A stretch of DNA of 64,000 bases from Rhodospirillaceae bacterium (GTDB lineage Bacteria; Pseudomonadota; Alphaproteobacteria; Bin65): positions 7,783 to 71,782 of the forward strand of contig JAPOST010000002.1 of the NCBI GenBank assembly GCA_026709535.1, read 5' to 3'. Shown here piece after piece: positions 10,437 through 22,611 of this stretch. The position numbers were made by a program, and so were the translations under genes. The notes beneath the pieces were generated by a model. The model did not search any database, had not been told where the DNA came from, and worked only from the letters and a program-made list of their open reading frames with translations. Within the stretch, counting starts at the first letter, position 1. The number at the start of each line of letters is the position of its first letter.

Positions 10437-11726
10437 CTAGGCAAGCATGCTCATCGGGAGCTCGATGAACCTCTTGAATGCCTCAAGCCACTGACTACCC
10501 AGCGCGCCATCAATGACACGATGATCGCAGGTCATGGTGCACGTCATCACCGTGGCGATGGCCATCTCCCCCTCTCTTGCGACCACTTTCTGCTCGCCAG
10601 CGCCGACTGCCAGAATGGCTGCCTGCGGAGGGTTGATGATCGAGGTAAAGTGGCTGATGCCATACATGCCGAGATTGGAGACCGAGAAACTACCGCCCTG
10701 ATATTCCTCCGGCTTCAGGCGTCCCTCGCGGGCGCGAACCGCCAAGCTTCTCATTTCGTTGGAGATCTGTGCCAAGCCCTTGAGATCGGCATCGAAGATG
10801 ATCGGCGCAATCAGACCGCCTTCGTACGCCACGGCGACGGAGATATCGATTGATCCCAGTTGAAGCATCGCCGCGTCGGTCCACTGGGCGTTCACTGCCG
10901 GAACACGCTGCAACGCCAAGGCCGATGCCTTGATGATCATGTCGTTTACGGAAATCCTCGCCGCGCCGTCGAGCGCCGTGTTGATGTCCTTGCGAGCAGC
11001 TAGTAGCCGATCGATTTCCATGTCAACTGACAGGTAGATCTGCGGAATATCCCGGTCAGCTTCCGTCATACGCCTGGCAATGACCTTGCGGACATTACTG
11101 TGCGGAATCTCCCGAGCCGGGGCCGATGCCATCGTTTCAGCGCGGATCGACATTCTGGTCGGGTCTGCTGGAGCTGGCGCATCGCCTGCCAATGCCGTCT
11201 CAACGTCTGCCTTGACAATCCGGCCATTCGGGCCACTGCCGGTGACCGACTTCAGATCAAGGCCGGCCCGTTTCGCGATACGCCGTGCCAGCGGGCTAGC
11301 AACTACCCGATCACCATCGTTTATTGTAGACGGATCGGCGACAGAATTCTTCGTGGTGACCGGTGCGGCCGCCTTGGTCGAATCCTGTGTGGCGGGTGCT
11401 GGTACCCCTGGCGTATCGACGCCGGAAGACGCAGCGAAGACTGGCTCGGCGTCATCGTCATCAGGAATGGCGCTGGCGTCCTCGTCCTCTTCCAGCAGCC
11501 AAGCAATCGTGGCGTTAACCTTCACTCCTTCGGCGCCTTCCGGTACGACGATCTTGGCCAAAACCCCGCCATCAACGGCCTCGACTTCCATCGTTGCCTT
11601 GTCGGTCTCGATCTCGGCAATTACGTCGCCCGCGTTGACCTGATCACCCTCTTGCTTCAGCCAGCGAGCAAGAGTGCCTTCTTCCATCGTCGGAGACAAG
11701 GCCGGCATGGTAACCTTGATCGGCAT
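10437..11726 (-). CDS. pdhC: pyruvate dehydrogenase E2, dihydrolipoamide acetyltransferase
   Basis: 429 aa. Lipoyl domain [13 protein letters not shown], Ala/Pro linker, and catalytic DHRVIDGA. Confidence 0.95.
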   Translation of the reverse strand: MPIKVTMPALSPTMEEGTLARWLKQEGDQVNAGDVIAEIETDKATMEVEAVDGGVLAKIVVPEGAEGVKVNATIAWLLEEDEDASAIPDDDDAEPVFAASSGVDTPGVPAPATQDSTKAAAPVTTKNSVADPSTINDGDRVVASPLARRIAKRAGLDLKSVTGSGPNGRIVKADVETALAGDAPAPADPTRMSIRAETMASAPAREIPHSNVRKVIARRMTEADRDIPQIYLSVDMEIDRLLAARKDINTALDGAARISVNDMIIKASALALQRVPAVNAQWTDAAMLQLGSIDISVAVAYEGGLIAPIIFDADLKGLAQISNEMRSLAVRAREGRLKPEEYQGGSFSVSNLGMYGISHFTSIINPPQAAILAVGAGEQKVVAREGEMAIATVMTCTMTCDHRVIDGALGSQWLEAFKRFIELPMSMLA

Positions 11727-11747
11727 ACGGGAGCTTCCCTACCCTCG

Positions 11748-13109
11748 CTAGTTAATATAGCAGACAGTATTCACCGCCTGTATAACTTTCGCCATGTTCG
11801 GTAGCGCCAGCTTCTCCAAGTTTGCCGCGTAGGGCATAGGCACGTCCTCTCCACAAACTCGGATCACCGGCGCATCAAGATCATCGAAAGCACGCTCCAT
11901 TATCACGGCACTGAGTTCTGCGCCGATGCCGGCAAATGGCCAGCCTTCCTCCAGCGATACCAGACGATTGGTTTTCTTCACAGAGTTGACGATTGTTTCT
12001 GAGTCAAGCGGCCGAACGGTTCTCAGGTCAATCACTTCAGCAGAAATACCCTGCTCCGCCAGCGCCTCAGCAGCCTGAAGCGCTGTCTCCATCATCAGCG
12101 AGAAACTGGTGATAGTCACGTCATTGCCTTCGCGAACGACCTTGGCCTTACCGATGGGAACAATCCAGTCTGGATCCGTGGGTGCTTCGCCGGGCCGGCC
12201 GTACAAGATTTCGTTCTCTAGGAAGACAACCGGGTCTTCGTCGCGGATGGCTGCTTTGAGCAAGCCCTTTGCATCGGCACTGGACCAAGGGGCAACCACT
12301 TTCAGGCCAGGAACATGCGCATACCAACTGGAATACTCTTGGCTGTGTTGTGCCGCCACCCGAGACGCTGCCCCATTGGGGCCGCGGAAGACGATAGGTG
12401 ACGACATTTGTCCACCCGACATGTAGCGCGTCTTGGCGGCCGAGTTGATAATGTGATCAATTGCCTGCATGGCGAAATTGAATGTCATGAACTCGACAAT
12501 AGGGCGCAGACCAGCAAAAGCCGCACCGGTTCCCAAACCGGCAAAGCCGTGTTCGGTGATTGGCGTGTCGATGACCCGTTTGGCACCGAACTCGTCGAGC
12601 AGGCCTTGACTGACCTTATATGCTCCTTGGTATTCCGCCACTTCCTCGCCCATGAGGAAGACCCGACTGTCGCGGCGCATCTCCTCCGCCATGGCATCGC
12701 GTAACGCCTCGCGTACCGTAACTTCGACCGTCGGACCCCTATAGTCGTTTTCTGCAACAAAAGCCGTCGTCGAAGTGGCATGGCGGCTTGGCACTGTATC
12801 ACCGATATCGTCGTTCTTGGAAGATGCCGCTTGCGCAGCCGGAACGTCGATGAAACTCGTATCCTCACCGTCTTCCAGCAGCCAGGCGATGATCGTGTTG
12901 ACCTTTACGCCTTCGGTACCTTCGGCCACGAGGATTTTGCCGATGACGCCTTCGTCTACGGCTTCCACTTCCATTGTGGCCTTGTCAGTCTCGATTTCCG
13001 CGATGACGTCGCCCGAAGACACACTATCCCCTTGCTTGACCAGCCAGCGGGTCAGAGTACCTTCTTCCATCGTCGGTGATAACGCCGGCATCAGCACTTC
13101 GATTGCCAT
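11748..13109 (-). CDS. pdhB: pyruvate dehydrogenase E1 beta subunit with N-terminal lipoyl domain
   Basis: 453 aa. The first ~80 aa form a lipoyl domain ([13 protein letters not shown]); the rest is a transketolase-like E1-beta ([17 protein letters not shown]). Confidence 0.95.
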   Translation of the reverse strand: MAIEVLMPALSPTMEEGTLTRWLVKQGDSVSSGDVIAEIETDKATMEVEAVDEGVIGKILVAEGTEGVKVNTIIAWLLEDGEDTSFIDVPAAQAASSKNDDIGDTVPSRHATSTTAFVAENDYRGPTVEVTVREALRDAMAEEMRRDSRVFLMGEEVAEYQGAYKVSQGLLDEFGAKRVIDTPITEHGFAGLGTGAAFAGLRPIVEFMTFNFAMQAIDHIINSAAKTRYMSGGQMSSPIVFRGPNGAASRVAAQHSQEYSSWYAHVPGLKVVAPWSSADAKGLLKAAIRDEDPVVFLENEILYGRPGEAPTDPDWIVPIGKAKVVREGNDVTITSFSLMMETALQAAEALAEQGISAEVIDLRTVRPLDSETIVNSVKKTNRLVSLEEGWPFAGIGAELSAVIMERAFDDLDAPVIRVCGEDVPMPYAANLEKLALPNMAKVIQAVNTVCYIN

Positions 13110-13169
13110 GAATTCTCCTTAGTCCCGGTCCGCGATCGAATGTTTCTTGTTGCTGGCGCTTCTTAGCTT

Positions 13170-14156
13170 TCAGGCGGCAAGAACATCGGTATAGAGCTCG
13201 GACGGGTCGGGTTCGGGGCTGTTCTGTGCGAACTCTGCCGCCTCGTTGACGACTTTCCGGATTCCTTTGTCGATGTCCTTCAGCACATCTTCTTCGACAC
13301 CATTCTCCATCAGCCGGGTCTTGACTCGCTCAATCGGGTCGCGTTCTTCCCGCATCTTTCGGACTTCTTCGCGCGAACGGTACTTTGCCGGGTCAGACAT
13401 CGAATGGCCCCGATAGCGATAAGTCTTCATGTCCAGGATGTATGAGCCCTTGCCGTCTCGGGCATGGGCGACGGCCTTGTCGCCTGCAGCCTTGACCGCA
13501 AGCACATCCATGCCGTCAACGGCTTCTCCAGGAATGCCATGAGCCGTACCACGCAAGTGCAGTTCCACGGTCGAGGATGCCCGCTCGACTGACGTCCCCA
13601 TGCCGTACTTGTTGTTCTCAATGACATAAATGACCGGCAACTCCCATAACTCCGCCATATTGAAAGATTCATACACCTGCCCCTGGTTGACAGCGCCATC
13701 TCCGAGGTAAGTCAGGCAAACGCCGCCATCCTGTTGATACTTGTGGGCGAACGCGATACCGGTTCCCAAAGGCACCTGTGCAGCCACGATGCCGTGACCG
13801 CCAAAGAAGCGTTCCTCCATACTGAACATGTGCATGGATCCACCCTTGCCCCCGGAATAACCGCCTTCCCTGCCTGCGAGTTCTGCCATGACGCCTTTGG
13901 GGTCCATGCCGCAAGCCAGCATGTGCCCGTGATCGCGGTAGGAGGTGATGACAGAATCGCCTTTTCGGATGGCGGCCTGCATCCCGGTCACGACAGCTTC
14001 CTGCCCGATGTAGAGGTGACAAAACCCGCCGATCAATCCCATGCCGTATAGCTGACCGGCTTTTTCCTCGAAACGCCGGATCATGAGCATGTCTCTATAA
14101 TAGGACAGAAGTTCTTCTTGAGATTCGGAATCCGCTTTCGCTGCTCTAGTGGCCAC
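13170..14156 (-). CDS. pdhA: pyruvate dehydrogenase E1 alpha subunit
   Basis: 328 aa. The TPP-binding motif GDGAVNQGQVYESFNMAELWELPVIYVIENN is present. Confidence 0.95.
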   Translation of the reverse strand: MATRAAKADSESQEELLSYYRDMLMIRRFEEKAGQLYGMGLIGGFCHLYIGQEAVVTGMQAAIRKGDSVITSYRDHGHMLACGMDPKGVMAELAGREGGYSGGKGGSMHMFSMEERFFGGHGIVAAQVPLGTGIAFAHKYQQDGGVCLTYLGDGAVNQGQVYESFNMAELWELPVIYVIENNKYGMGTSVERASSTVELHLRGTAHGIPGEAVDGMDVLAVKAAGDKAVAHARDGKGSYILDMKTYRYRGHSMSDPAKYRSREEVRKMREERDPIERVKTRLMENGVEEDVLKDIDKGIRKVVNEAAEFAQNSPEPDPSELYTDVLAA

Positions 14157-14288
14157 TACACATCACCCAATATTTGACCCGATCGGACAGAAGCACGATG
14201 GTACAGGTCACAGGTTCAGGACAAGAACTAAATTTGATACGTTTTCACCGACCGTGGCCAGCGTCCGGTCAATGAAGAAGCCGGCCGA

Positions 14289-14588
14289 CTATTTGATCGG
14301 CAAAGGTTTGCGATAGCGAATGACGATTTCGTCTTTTCGTCCAAGATACAGTTGGCGGCGAAAGGCTTCGTCCAGCATATCCGGATCGGACTGGCCAGGC
14401 CGCATCAGGCCTACCTTGTGGACCAGCCAATCATGCTTCCGGCGGGTCGTATTCAACTGTTCTTGGGCGTCGATCTGACGATTTTTCAGCAAAGCCCAAG
14501 CCCGCAACCCTCGATCACCCTGGATCGTGTGAAAACCCAAGTAGGACAGGCACAAGGCAGCGATCATCGGTAAAATTATGACTTTCAT
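14289..14588 (-). CDS. ftsB: septum formation initiator family protein (FtsB/DivIC-like)
   Basis: 99 aa with an N-terminal TM segment followed by a coiled-coil. It holds the conserved position between eno and pdhA. Confidence 0.8.
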   Translation of the reverse strand: MKVIILPMIAALCLSYLGFHTIQGDRGLRAWALLKNRQIDAQEQLNTTRRKHDWLVHKVGLMRPGQSDPDMLDEAFRRQLYLGRKDEIVIRYRKPLPIK

Positions 14589-15004
14589 TTACACGCCAGC
14601 ATTCCGATTTCTCGCACCATCAGATCGAAATCATGTGGATGAGTGCAGGTCAACAAGAAATTCGACGCTCCAGCAGAGTTCTGAATCTCGCCCGCTCACG
14701 CGAGCAACGATGAGTGTGAAATCGGAATGAAGCATTCATCCATCACATAGTAGTACATGAAAGCACGAGAGCGCGAGGCTGCGCTGGCATTTTGCGAAGG
14801 GACCAGCCAATCCATTCGAAGATGCTAAATGACAAGGTGCGATTGCAGCACGGCGGAAGTGGACCTGTATTTGGGAACAGCGATGCCTTGACCGGAAATC
14901 CGGCGCCACTTCCGACCACCGACGTCGACAGGCTCTTGAAGCTTCCTTGGAATAGTCTTATTAAACTAATTCATGAGAAAAAAATGATAATGATCTGATT
15001 TAAA

Positions 15005-17159
<2,155 letters not shown>

Positions 17160-17675
17160 GGATGCTATGGAACCAAGTTTTGACCTGCAAGTATATGTAA
17201 AGCGTGAAAATCCGCTTGTCAGTCGCTCTACTGTCTCACCGTCTGTACGGCTATTATCCCAGTGTCAGGTAATAAGCTCTTGTCTATTTCACTGGCAATT
17301 GGGGCGGCGTTTGTTGCCTTGCCTGCTAAAAGCTTCGGTATCGGAAACAAACTCGTAAAATTCTCGGAGAATTTGAATCGGTCGTCGACGTCCGCACGTC
17401 TTCATCAAGAAAGCAGGGAACCTTATCAATACTCGGACAGCGTGGCTTCTTCTCCTGCGTATCTGGATAAACACAGCCGTTCCTGTCCCGCTGCGTGGCT
17501 TCCGCAACTCTGTGCATCCATCAAGCTATCTGGGATCTTTCGGGCGGCTAAATTCCCCCCGTTTCACAGTGAAGTGCAACCCGTGAGGTGGTTGAGTTCC
17601 GGCCTCGGCGACCCATGATGTTGCGCATGGGCCCAATGGCGGTGACCATCCCTTCGTTGGAAAAGGGAGATTGTC

Positions 17676-17800
17676 ATGCCCCAGGGCTCCCGCCCCCTGA
17701 CTGACATAGAGCGATGGCCCGCGAGTTGGAACGCCGTCCGTCCACGATTTCGCGCGCGATCGCGAAAGCCGGGGTTCTCGGCATGTCCAAGCGCAGCAGA
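17676..17800 (+). pseudogene. IS30-family transposase N-terminal remnant (HTH only, frameshifted)
   Basis: AAGGGAG lies 7 nt before ATG 17676 (MPQGSRPLTDIER). One frame over it reads ARELERRPSTISR, which matches the IS30 HTH signature (IAR.LGRSPSTISRE). The rest is Arg/Pro-rich nonsense. Confidence 0.3.
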
Positions 17801-18146
17801 GGCGCAGCGTGGCGCCATCGACCTCGGCGAGGACGCCGTCGAAGCGAGCCTCTTGCTGGCGTCGATCTCGAACGCCTTGCCCGCGCCCATGAGGCGCAGG
17901 TAGCGACGGCAGGCGCTGTTTCAGGCCCTCGACCATCGCCTGCCGGTCGGCGCGGTCCTTTTCGGCCTCCGCCTCGTTGGGCACACGACATGGCGCGCGC
18001 CATCCACCGAGACCTCCTTCACGAACAGCGGCGTCTCGCCCCGGGCGCGTTCGAGCAGAACTCGCTTCCTGCCCATTTCAAAGGCGTGAGTCTCAAAGAT
18101 CACAAATCCTTCCGGAAGGTCCCCTAGCCGCTTACAGTTCAGCGGA

Positions 18147-18254
18147 TGTAGTCGGGGTTCCACCTCCGACCTTCGTTGAGCGCACATTCCCGGCCCGATC
18201 ATCGGCCAGCAGGTGACGTGTAGCCGGAGTTCTATTTCCGGCCTTCGTCGAGCG
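18147..18254. repeat. two 36-nt hairpin-forming direct repeat units (period 72 nt), REP-like
   Basis: Units at 18147-18182 and 18219-18254 are 29/36 identical. Each folds into a 7-bp stem with a 6-nt loop. Three of the differences are compensatory within the stem. Confidence 0.6.
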
Positions 18255-18273
18255 TTTACCACCCTTGTTGATC

Positions 18274-21200
18274 TTATGCAGGAATTTGAAGTTCTTCGAC
18301 GTGATTGACACCTGGGATTGACTTTATCGCCTGCTGGATAGCGGTATCGGTTTTGACAGATACCGCCAAACGAACCCTCGCTTCCCTGTCTCTCCACGGA
18401 ACAATCACATCAACGATTCCATGACCGCCCTGCTCGCGAGACAGTAGTCCACTCAGCGGGGCAATCGCGTCACCGTCGCCAATGTATATCCTGAAGCCAG
18501 CGATCATACCAGCAACTGCTGAATCCAGCGTGGTGAAGGAGCGAACCAAAAGTCGAGCCGAATTGCCTTCCTCCAGCCGGACATCAACACTGACCACAAG
18601 CGGTGTATTGAACTCCACAGCTTCATCAAGAAGCTTACGGCTGTTCGCCAGCGCTTCCGAAAAGACAGTCACTTCGTAGATACCGCTGGAGTCACTGAGC
18701 TGCACAAATGCGAACTTGCTGCCACTGGAATTACGTCGTTCCTTGAGGCCAATCATGATCCCAGCCAGCCGGGCACCGGGCGGCATCGACCCATTGGTCG
18801 TCATGGAAATCAGTTCCGCATAAGTCACCACTTCCATCTTCTTGAGACTCGCCGCGAAACTGTCCAATGGATGCGCCGAAAGATATAAGCCTACAGCATC
18901 AAACTCATGGTGCAGGCGCTCGGTCACCTCCCAATCAGGAAGGTCCGGCAGACGAAGGGCGGCGCCAGCCATATCCGAATCATTGTCGAACAGGGAGTCC
19001 TGTGAGTTGGACCGATTATCGGCAGCAGCGGCCGAAAGACGGGTAATCGATTCCACGCCTTCGAACAGTTTTCGCCGGTTCGACGACAGCGAGTCCAAGG
19101 TACCGGCCTTGGCGAGATTCTCGAGTTGGCGTTTGTTGATGACGGTGTTGTCCAGTCGATTTGCCAAGTCGGCAATATCCCGAAACGGACCGTTCTTCTC
19201 CCTTTCGTCAACCAGGCTCTCCATTGCGCCCGCACCAACATTCTTCAGTGCGGCAAGCGCATAACGAACAGCGCCATCCTCTACCGTGAAGGACACCCCG
19301 GACTGATTGATGTCTGGCGGCAAAAGACGTATTTCTTCGCGCTTCAGTTCACGTCGAAAACTCGCAATCTTGTCGGTACTGCCCATATCGAACGACATGG
19401 ATGCAGCATAGAACTCGACCGGGTAGTTAGCCTTTAACCAAGCGGTCTGATAGGCCACAAGAGCATACGCGGCAGCGTGAGACTTGTTGAAGCCATAGCC
19501 AGCAAACGCCGCCATGGTATCGAATATCTGCTGCGCCAGATTTCGGTTGATGTCGCTGTGCTTGGCACATCCCTTGACGAAGGTTTCGCCCTGAGCGTCC
19601 ATCTCCGCCTTGATCTTCTTACCCATCGCACGACGCAAAATATCTGCGCCGCCAAGAGTATAGCCGGCCAGGTCGCGCGCCATCTGTTGTACTTGCTCCT
19701 GATAGATAGGAATACCGAACGTTTCCTTCAGGATGGCTTCCAGTTTTGGATGCTGATAGGTGACAGCTTCGCGACCGTGTTTTCGGTTGATATATGCGGA
19801 GATGTTCTCCATCGGGCCAGGGCGAAAGAGCGCCACGACGGCAATGATGTCTTCAAATCGGTCTGGTTTCAACTTGCTGAGGACATCACGCATACCGGCA
19901 CTTTCCAACTGAAATACCCCCGTCGTATCGGCGCGGGACATGATGGCATAGGTTGCCGGATCGTCCAGCGGCAGACGGTTCAGATCAACGATGACGCCGC
20001 GATCTTGCAGCAAATCAACCGCACGCTGCAGGACCGACAAGGTTTTCAGGCCAAGGAAATCAAACTTGATCAGTCCCGCCTTTTCCACGTCTTTCATGTT
20101 GAACTGGCTGACCGGCATGTCCGAGCGCGGATCGCGGTAGAGCGGGATTAGATGGTCCAGCGGGCGATCGCCAATCACGACGCCAGCTGCATGAGTTGAA
20201 GCGTGGCGGTAAAGGCCTTCAAGCTTCAGTGCGATGTCGATCAGTCCGGCCACGCCTTCATCTTGGTGGCGATGCTCCTGAAGTTGCGGTTCCATCTCAA
20301 TGGCTTCCTGGAGCGTCACTGGCTTTGCCGGGTTGTTCGGTACCAACTTGCACAAACGATCGACTTGGCCGTATGGCATCTGGAGGACACGGCCAACATC
20401 CCGCAGGACCGCCCGGGCCTGTAGCTTGCCGAATGTGATGATCTGGGCGACCCTGTCCGCACCGTATTTCTGCTGAACATACCGAATGACTTCATCCCGG
20501 CGTTCTTGGCAGAAGTCGATGTCGAAATCCGGCATCGAAATTCGCTCGGGATTGAGAAAGCGTTCGAATAGAAGGCCCCAACGGAGTGGATCCAAGTCAG
20601 TGATAGTGAGTGCCCACGCCACCACCGAGCCAGCGCCAGAGCCTCGTCCAGGACCAACGGGAATGCCTTGTCCCTTTGCCCACTGAATGAAATCAGCAAC
20701 GATCAGGAAGTATCCCGGGAAGCCCATCGATTTGATCACGTCAAGTTCAAAATTCAGCCGTTCATGATAGGGAGTCGCAACAGTCCTGCGTTCCTCCTCA
20801 CCTGAGTTGGCGCTGTACACGTGATCGCGCAATCGATCTTCCAGGCCAGCAACTGCCATGTGCCGGAGTTCATCGTTTTCACTGCGGCCGGCGCCGGATT
20901 CGTAGCGAGGCAGAATTGCATCCCGGGTCTCCGACATGACGGCACACCGCTGGGCAATTATCACCGTGTTGTCGAGAGCCTCGGGAATGTCGGCGAATTG
21001 CGCCCGCATTTCCTGTGCTGTCTTGAAACGGAACTCTGGAGTCAGGTGCCGACGGTCGGGCTCGCTGACATAGGCACCTTCCGCAATACACAGCAGAGCA
21101 TCGTGGGCTGCAAACATGCCCTCTTCGGCAAAGTAGGCTTCGTTAGTGGCTACAAGCGGCAATTTGAAGGCATCAGCCAAGGCGAGCAGCTTGGGTTCTA

Positions 21201-21759
21201 CCAATGCTTCTTCACGCAATCCCTGTCGGCTGACCTCGATATAGAGCCGATCGCCAAACAATCCTTTCAGGCGTTCACAGGCGGCCTCTGCTGCATCGCC
21301 TTGACCTGCAAGAAGGTAACGACATAGGGGCCCCCGAAGACCACCTGTCAGAGCGATCAGACCATCGGCATGTTGATGAAGCATGTCTCCGGTGACATGG
21401 GTCGCATCCCTGCCCTCCGTAGCCAGAAACGCATGAGAGGAAAGCTTCAGAAGATTGGTGTAACCGATATCATCCTGTGCCAGAAGCACGAGTTGATCGA
21501 GGAACTCTTCGACGGGTCGGCCCGGCTCCGGCGTTTCGAAAGCAACCGATAGTTGGCAACCAATGATGGGCTGCACGCCCTCCTTTGCACAGGTTTGCGA
21601 AAACTCCAACGCACCGAACAAGTTGTTTGTATCGGTGATCGCTGCGGCCGGCATTCGGTTTTCCCGGCAAAGCGCTGCGATGTCCGGAATTTTGAGGGCG
21701 CCTTCGCTGAGAGAGTAGGCGGAATGGATCCGCAAATGGACAAAGTCGGCGTGGGCCAT
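18274..21759 (-). CDS. dnaE: DNA polymerase III alpha subunit
   Basis: 1161 aa. PHP-domain N-terminus FVHLRIHSAYSLSEGA, with polymerase core and OB fold over the full length. Confidence 0.97.
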   Translation of the reverse strand: MAHADFVHLRIHSAYSLSEGALKIPDIAALCRENRMPAAAITDTNNLFGALEFSQTCAKEGVQPIIGCQLSVAFETPEPGRPVEEFLDQLVLLAQDDIGYTNLLKLSSHAFLATEGRDATHVTGDMLHQHADGLIALTGGLRGPLCRYLLAGQGDAAEAACERLKGLFGDRLYIEVSRQGLREEALVEPKLLALADAFKLPLVATNEAYFAEEGMFAAHDALLCIAEGAYVSEPDRRHLTPEFRFKTAQEMRAQFADIPEALDNTVIIAQRCAVMSETRDAILPRYESGAGRSENDELRHMAVAGLEDRLRDHVYSANSGEEERRTVATPYHERLNFELDVIKSMGFPGYFLIVADFIQWAKGQGIPVGPGRGSGAGSVVAWALTITDLDPLRWGLLFERFLNPERISMPDFDIDFCQERRDEVIRYVQQKYGADRVAQIITFGKLQARAVLRDVGRVLQMPYGQVDRLCKLVPNNPAKPVTLQEAIEMEPQLQEHRHQDEGVAGLIDIALKLEGLYRHASTHAAGVVIGDRPLDHLIPLYRDPRSDMPVSQFNMKDVEKAGLIKFDFLGLKTLSVLQRAVDLLQDRGVIVDLNRLPLDDPATYAIMSRADTTGVFQLESAGMRDVLSKLKPDRFEDIIAVVALFRPGPMENISAYINRKHGREAVTYQHPKLEAILKETFGIPIYQEQVQQMARDLAGYTLGGADILRRAMGKKIKAEMDAQGETFVKGCAKHSDINRNLAQQIFDTMAAFAGYGFNKSHAAAYALVAYQTAWLKANYPVEFYAASMSFDMGSTDKIASFRRELKREEIRLLPPDINQSGVSFTVEDGAVRYALAALKNVGAGAMESLVDEREKNGPFRDIADLANRLDNTVINKRQLENLAKAGTLDSLSSNRRKLFEGVESITRLSAAAADNRSNSQDSLFDNDSDMAGAALRLPDLPDWEVTERLHHEFDAVGLYLSAHPLDSFAASLKKMEVVTYAELISMTTNGSMPPGARLAGIMIGLKERRNSSGSKFAFVQLSDSSGIYEVTVFSEALANSRKLLDEAVEFNTPLVVSVDVRLEEGNSARLLVRSFTTLDSAVAGMIAGFRIYIGDGDAIAPLSGLLSREQGGHGIVDVIVPWRDREARVRLAVSVKTDTAIQQAIKSIPGVNHVEELQIPA

Positions 21760-21852
21760 GATTGAACGACACGATGGGTAGAAGAACCGAAACGTTACCT
21801 GAACTGCGTCTTTCGCACAATATCTGGAGCATACCCTGTGGTTAACCCCAAT

Positions 21853-22611
21853 TTATGGTTTCTGGCGCTCGATAATCTGTCCATCTTGCAATTCCAGAAT
21901 ACGATCCATCCGGTTCGCCAGTTCCAAGTTGTGAGTAACGACCAGCGCCGCGATGCGTGTTTGATGAGCCAGACTCAATATCTGCCGGAAGACCCGTTCG
22001 GCAGTGCCATGGTCCAAATTACCGGTCGGTTCATCGGCAAGCAGGATGGAGGGGCCGTTCGCGATCGCCCGCGCAATGGCGACGCGTTGCTGCTCACCGC
22101 CGCTCATCTTTGCCGGACGATGCGTCGCCCGTTCCGTCAGGCCCATCTCGTCCAACAGATCAGCCGCATGTGCCTTGGCTGCGCCGCGAGGGACGCCAGC
22201 GAGCATCTGGGGCAGCATCACGTTTTCCAGCGCCGTGAATTCCGGAAGAAGATGATGATGCTGGTAGACAAAGCCGAGAAATCGGCGGCGCAGCCGCGCC
22301 CGCTGGTAGTCCGACAGGCCGTTGCATTCTCGTTTCTCGATAGAAACGACACCGCTGCTAGGCGATTCCAGTAATCCTGCGATATGGAGGAGTGTCGATT
22401 TGCCGATGCCGGACGGACCGACCAGCGCAACTATCTGACCGCGATAGATGGAAAGGTTGACCAACTTCAAGACTTCGACCTGACGGTCGGCCTGCTGAAA
22501 TGTCTTCGTGATATTCGACAAGGTAAGCAGCGGCGCTTCCTCGGCCAAAGCCTCGTCGGTCGGCTCTTTTCCATCGGCCGGGATATCGGCACAGGCCGAT
22601 TGGTCATTCAT
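21853..22611 (-). CDS. lolD: lipoprotein-releasing ABC transporter ATPase LolD
   Basis: Walker A GPSGIGKST, signature MSGGEQQRVAIARA, Walker B ILLADEPTGNLD. It overlaps the stop of the permease gene. Confidence 0.9.
   Translation of the reverse strand: MNDQSACADIPADGKEPTDEALAEEAPLLTLSNITKTFQQADRQVEVLKLVNLSIYRGQIVALVGPSGIGKSTLLHIAGLLESPSSGVVSIEKRECNGLSDYQRARLRRRFLGFVYQHHHLLPEFTALENVMLPQMLAGVPRGAAKAHAADLLDEMGLTERATHRPAKMSGGEQQRVAIARAIANGPSILLADEPTGNLDHGTAERVFRQILSLAHQTRIAALVVTHNLELANRMDRILELQDGQIIERQKP

Noticed and set aside
17262-17618. A 118-aa plus-strand ORF has a signal-peptide-like N-terminus (KLLSISLAIGAAFVALPAKSFG).
   Set aside because: It has a GTG start with no SD. After residue ~30 the sequence is Ser/Pro/Arg-rich and not protein-like, and it runs into the GC-rich degenerate patch. 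At best it is a remnant.
17714-18397. Long ORFs lie in the GC-rich patch: 137 aa on the plus strand, and 158, 152 and 109 aa on the minus strand. They were considered as candidate novel genes or a toxin-antitoxin pair.
   Set aside because: They overlap each other in several frames, and one overlaps the dnaE 3' end. They are dominated by Arg/Pro/Ala, as expected for random open frames in GC-rich DNA. Only short motif-level similarities (IS30 HTH, weak DUF559) survive.
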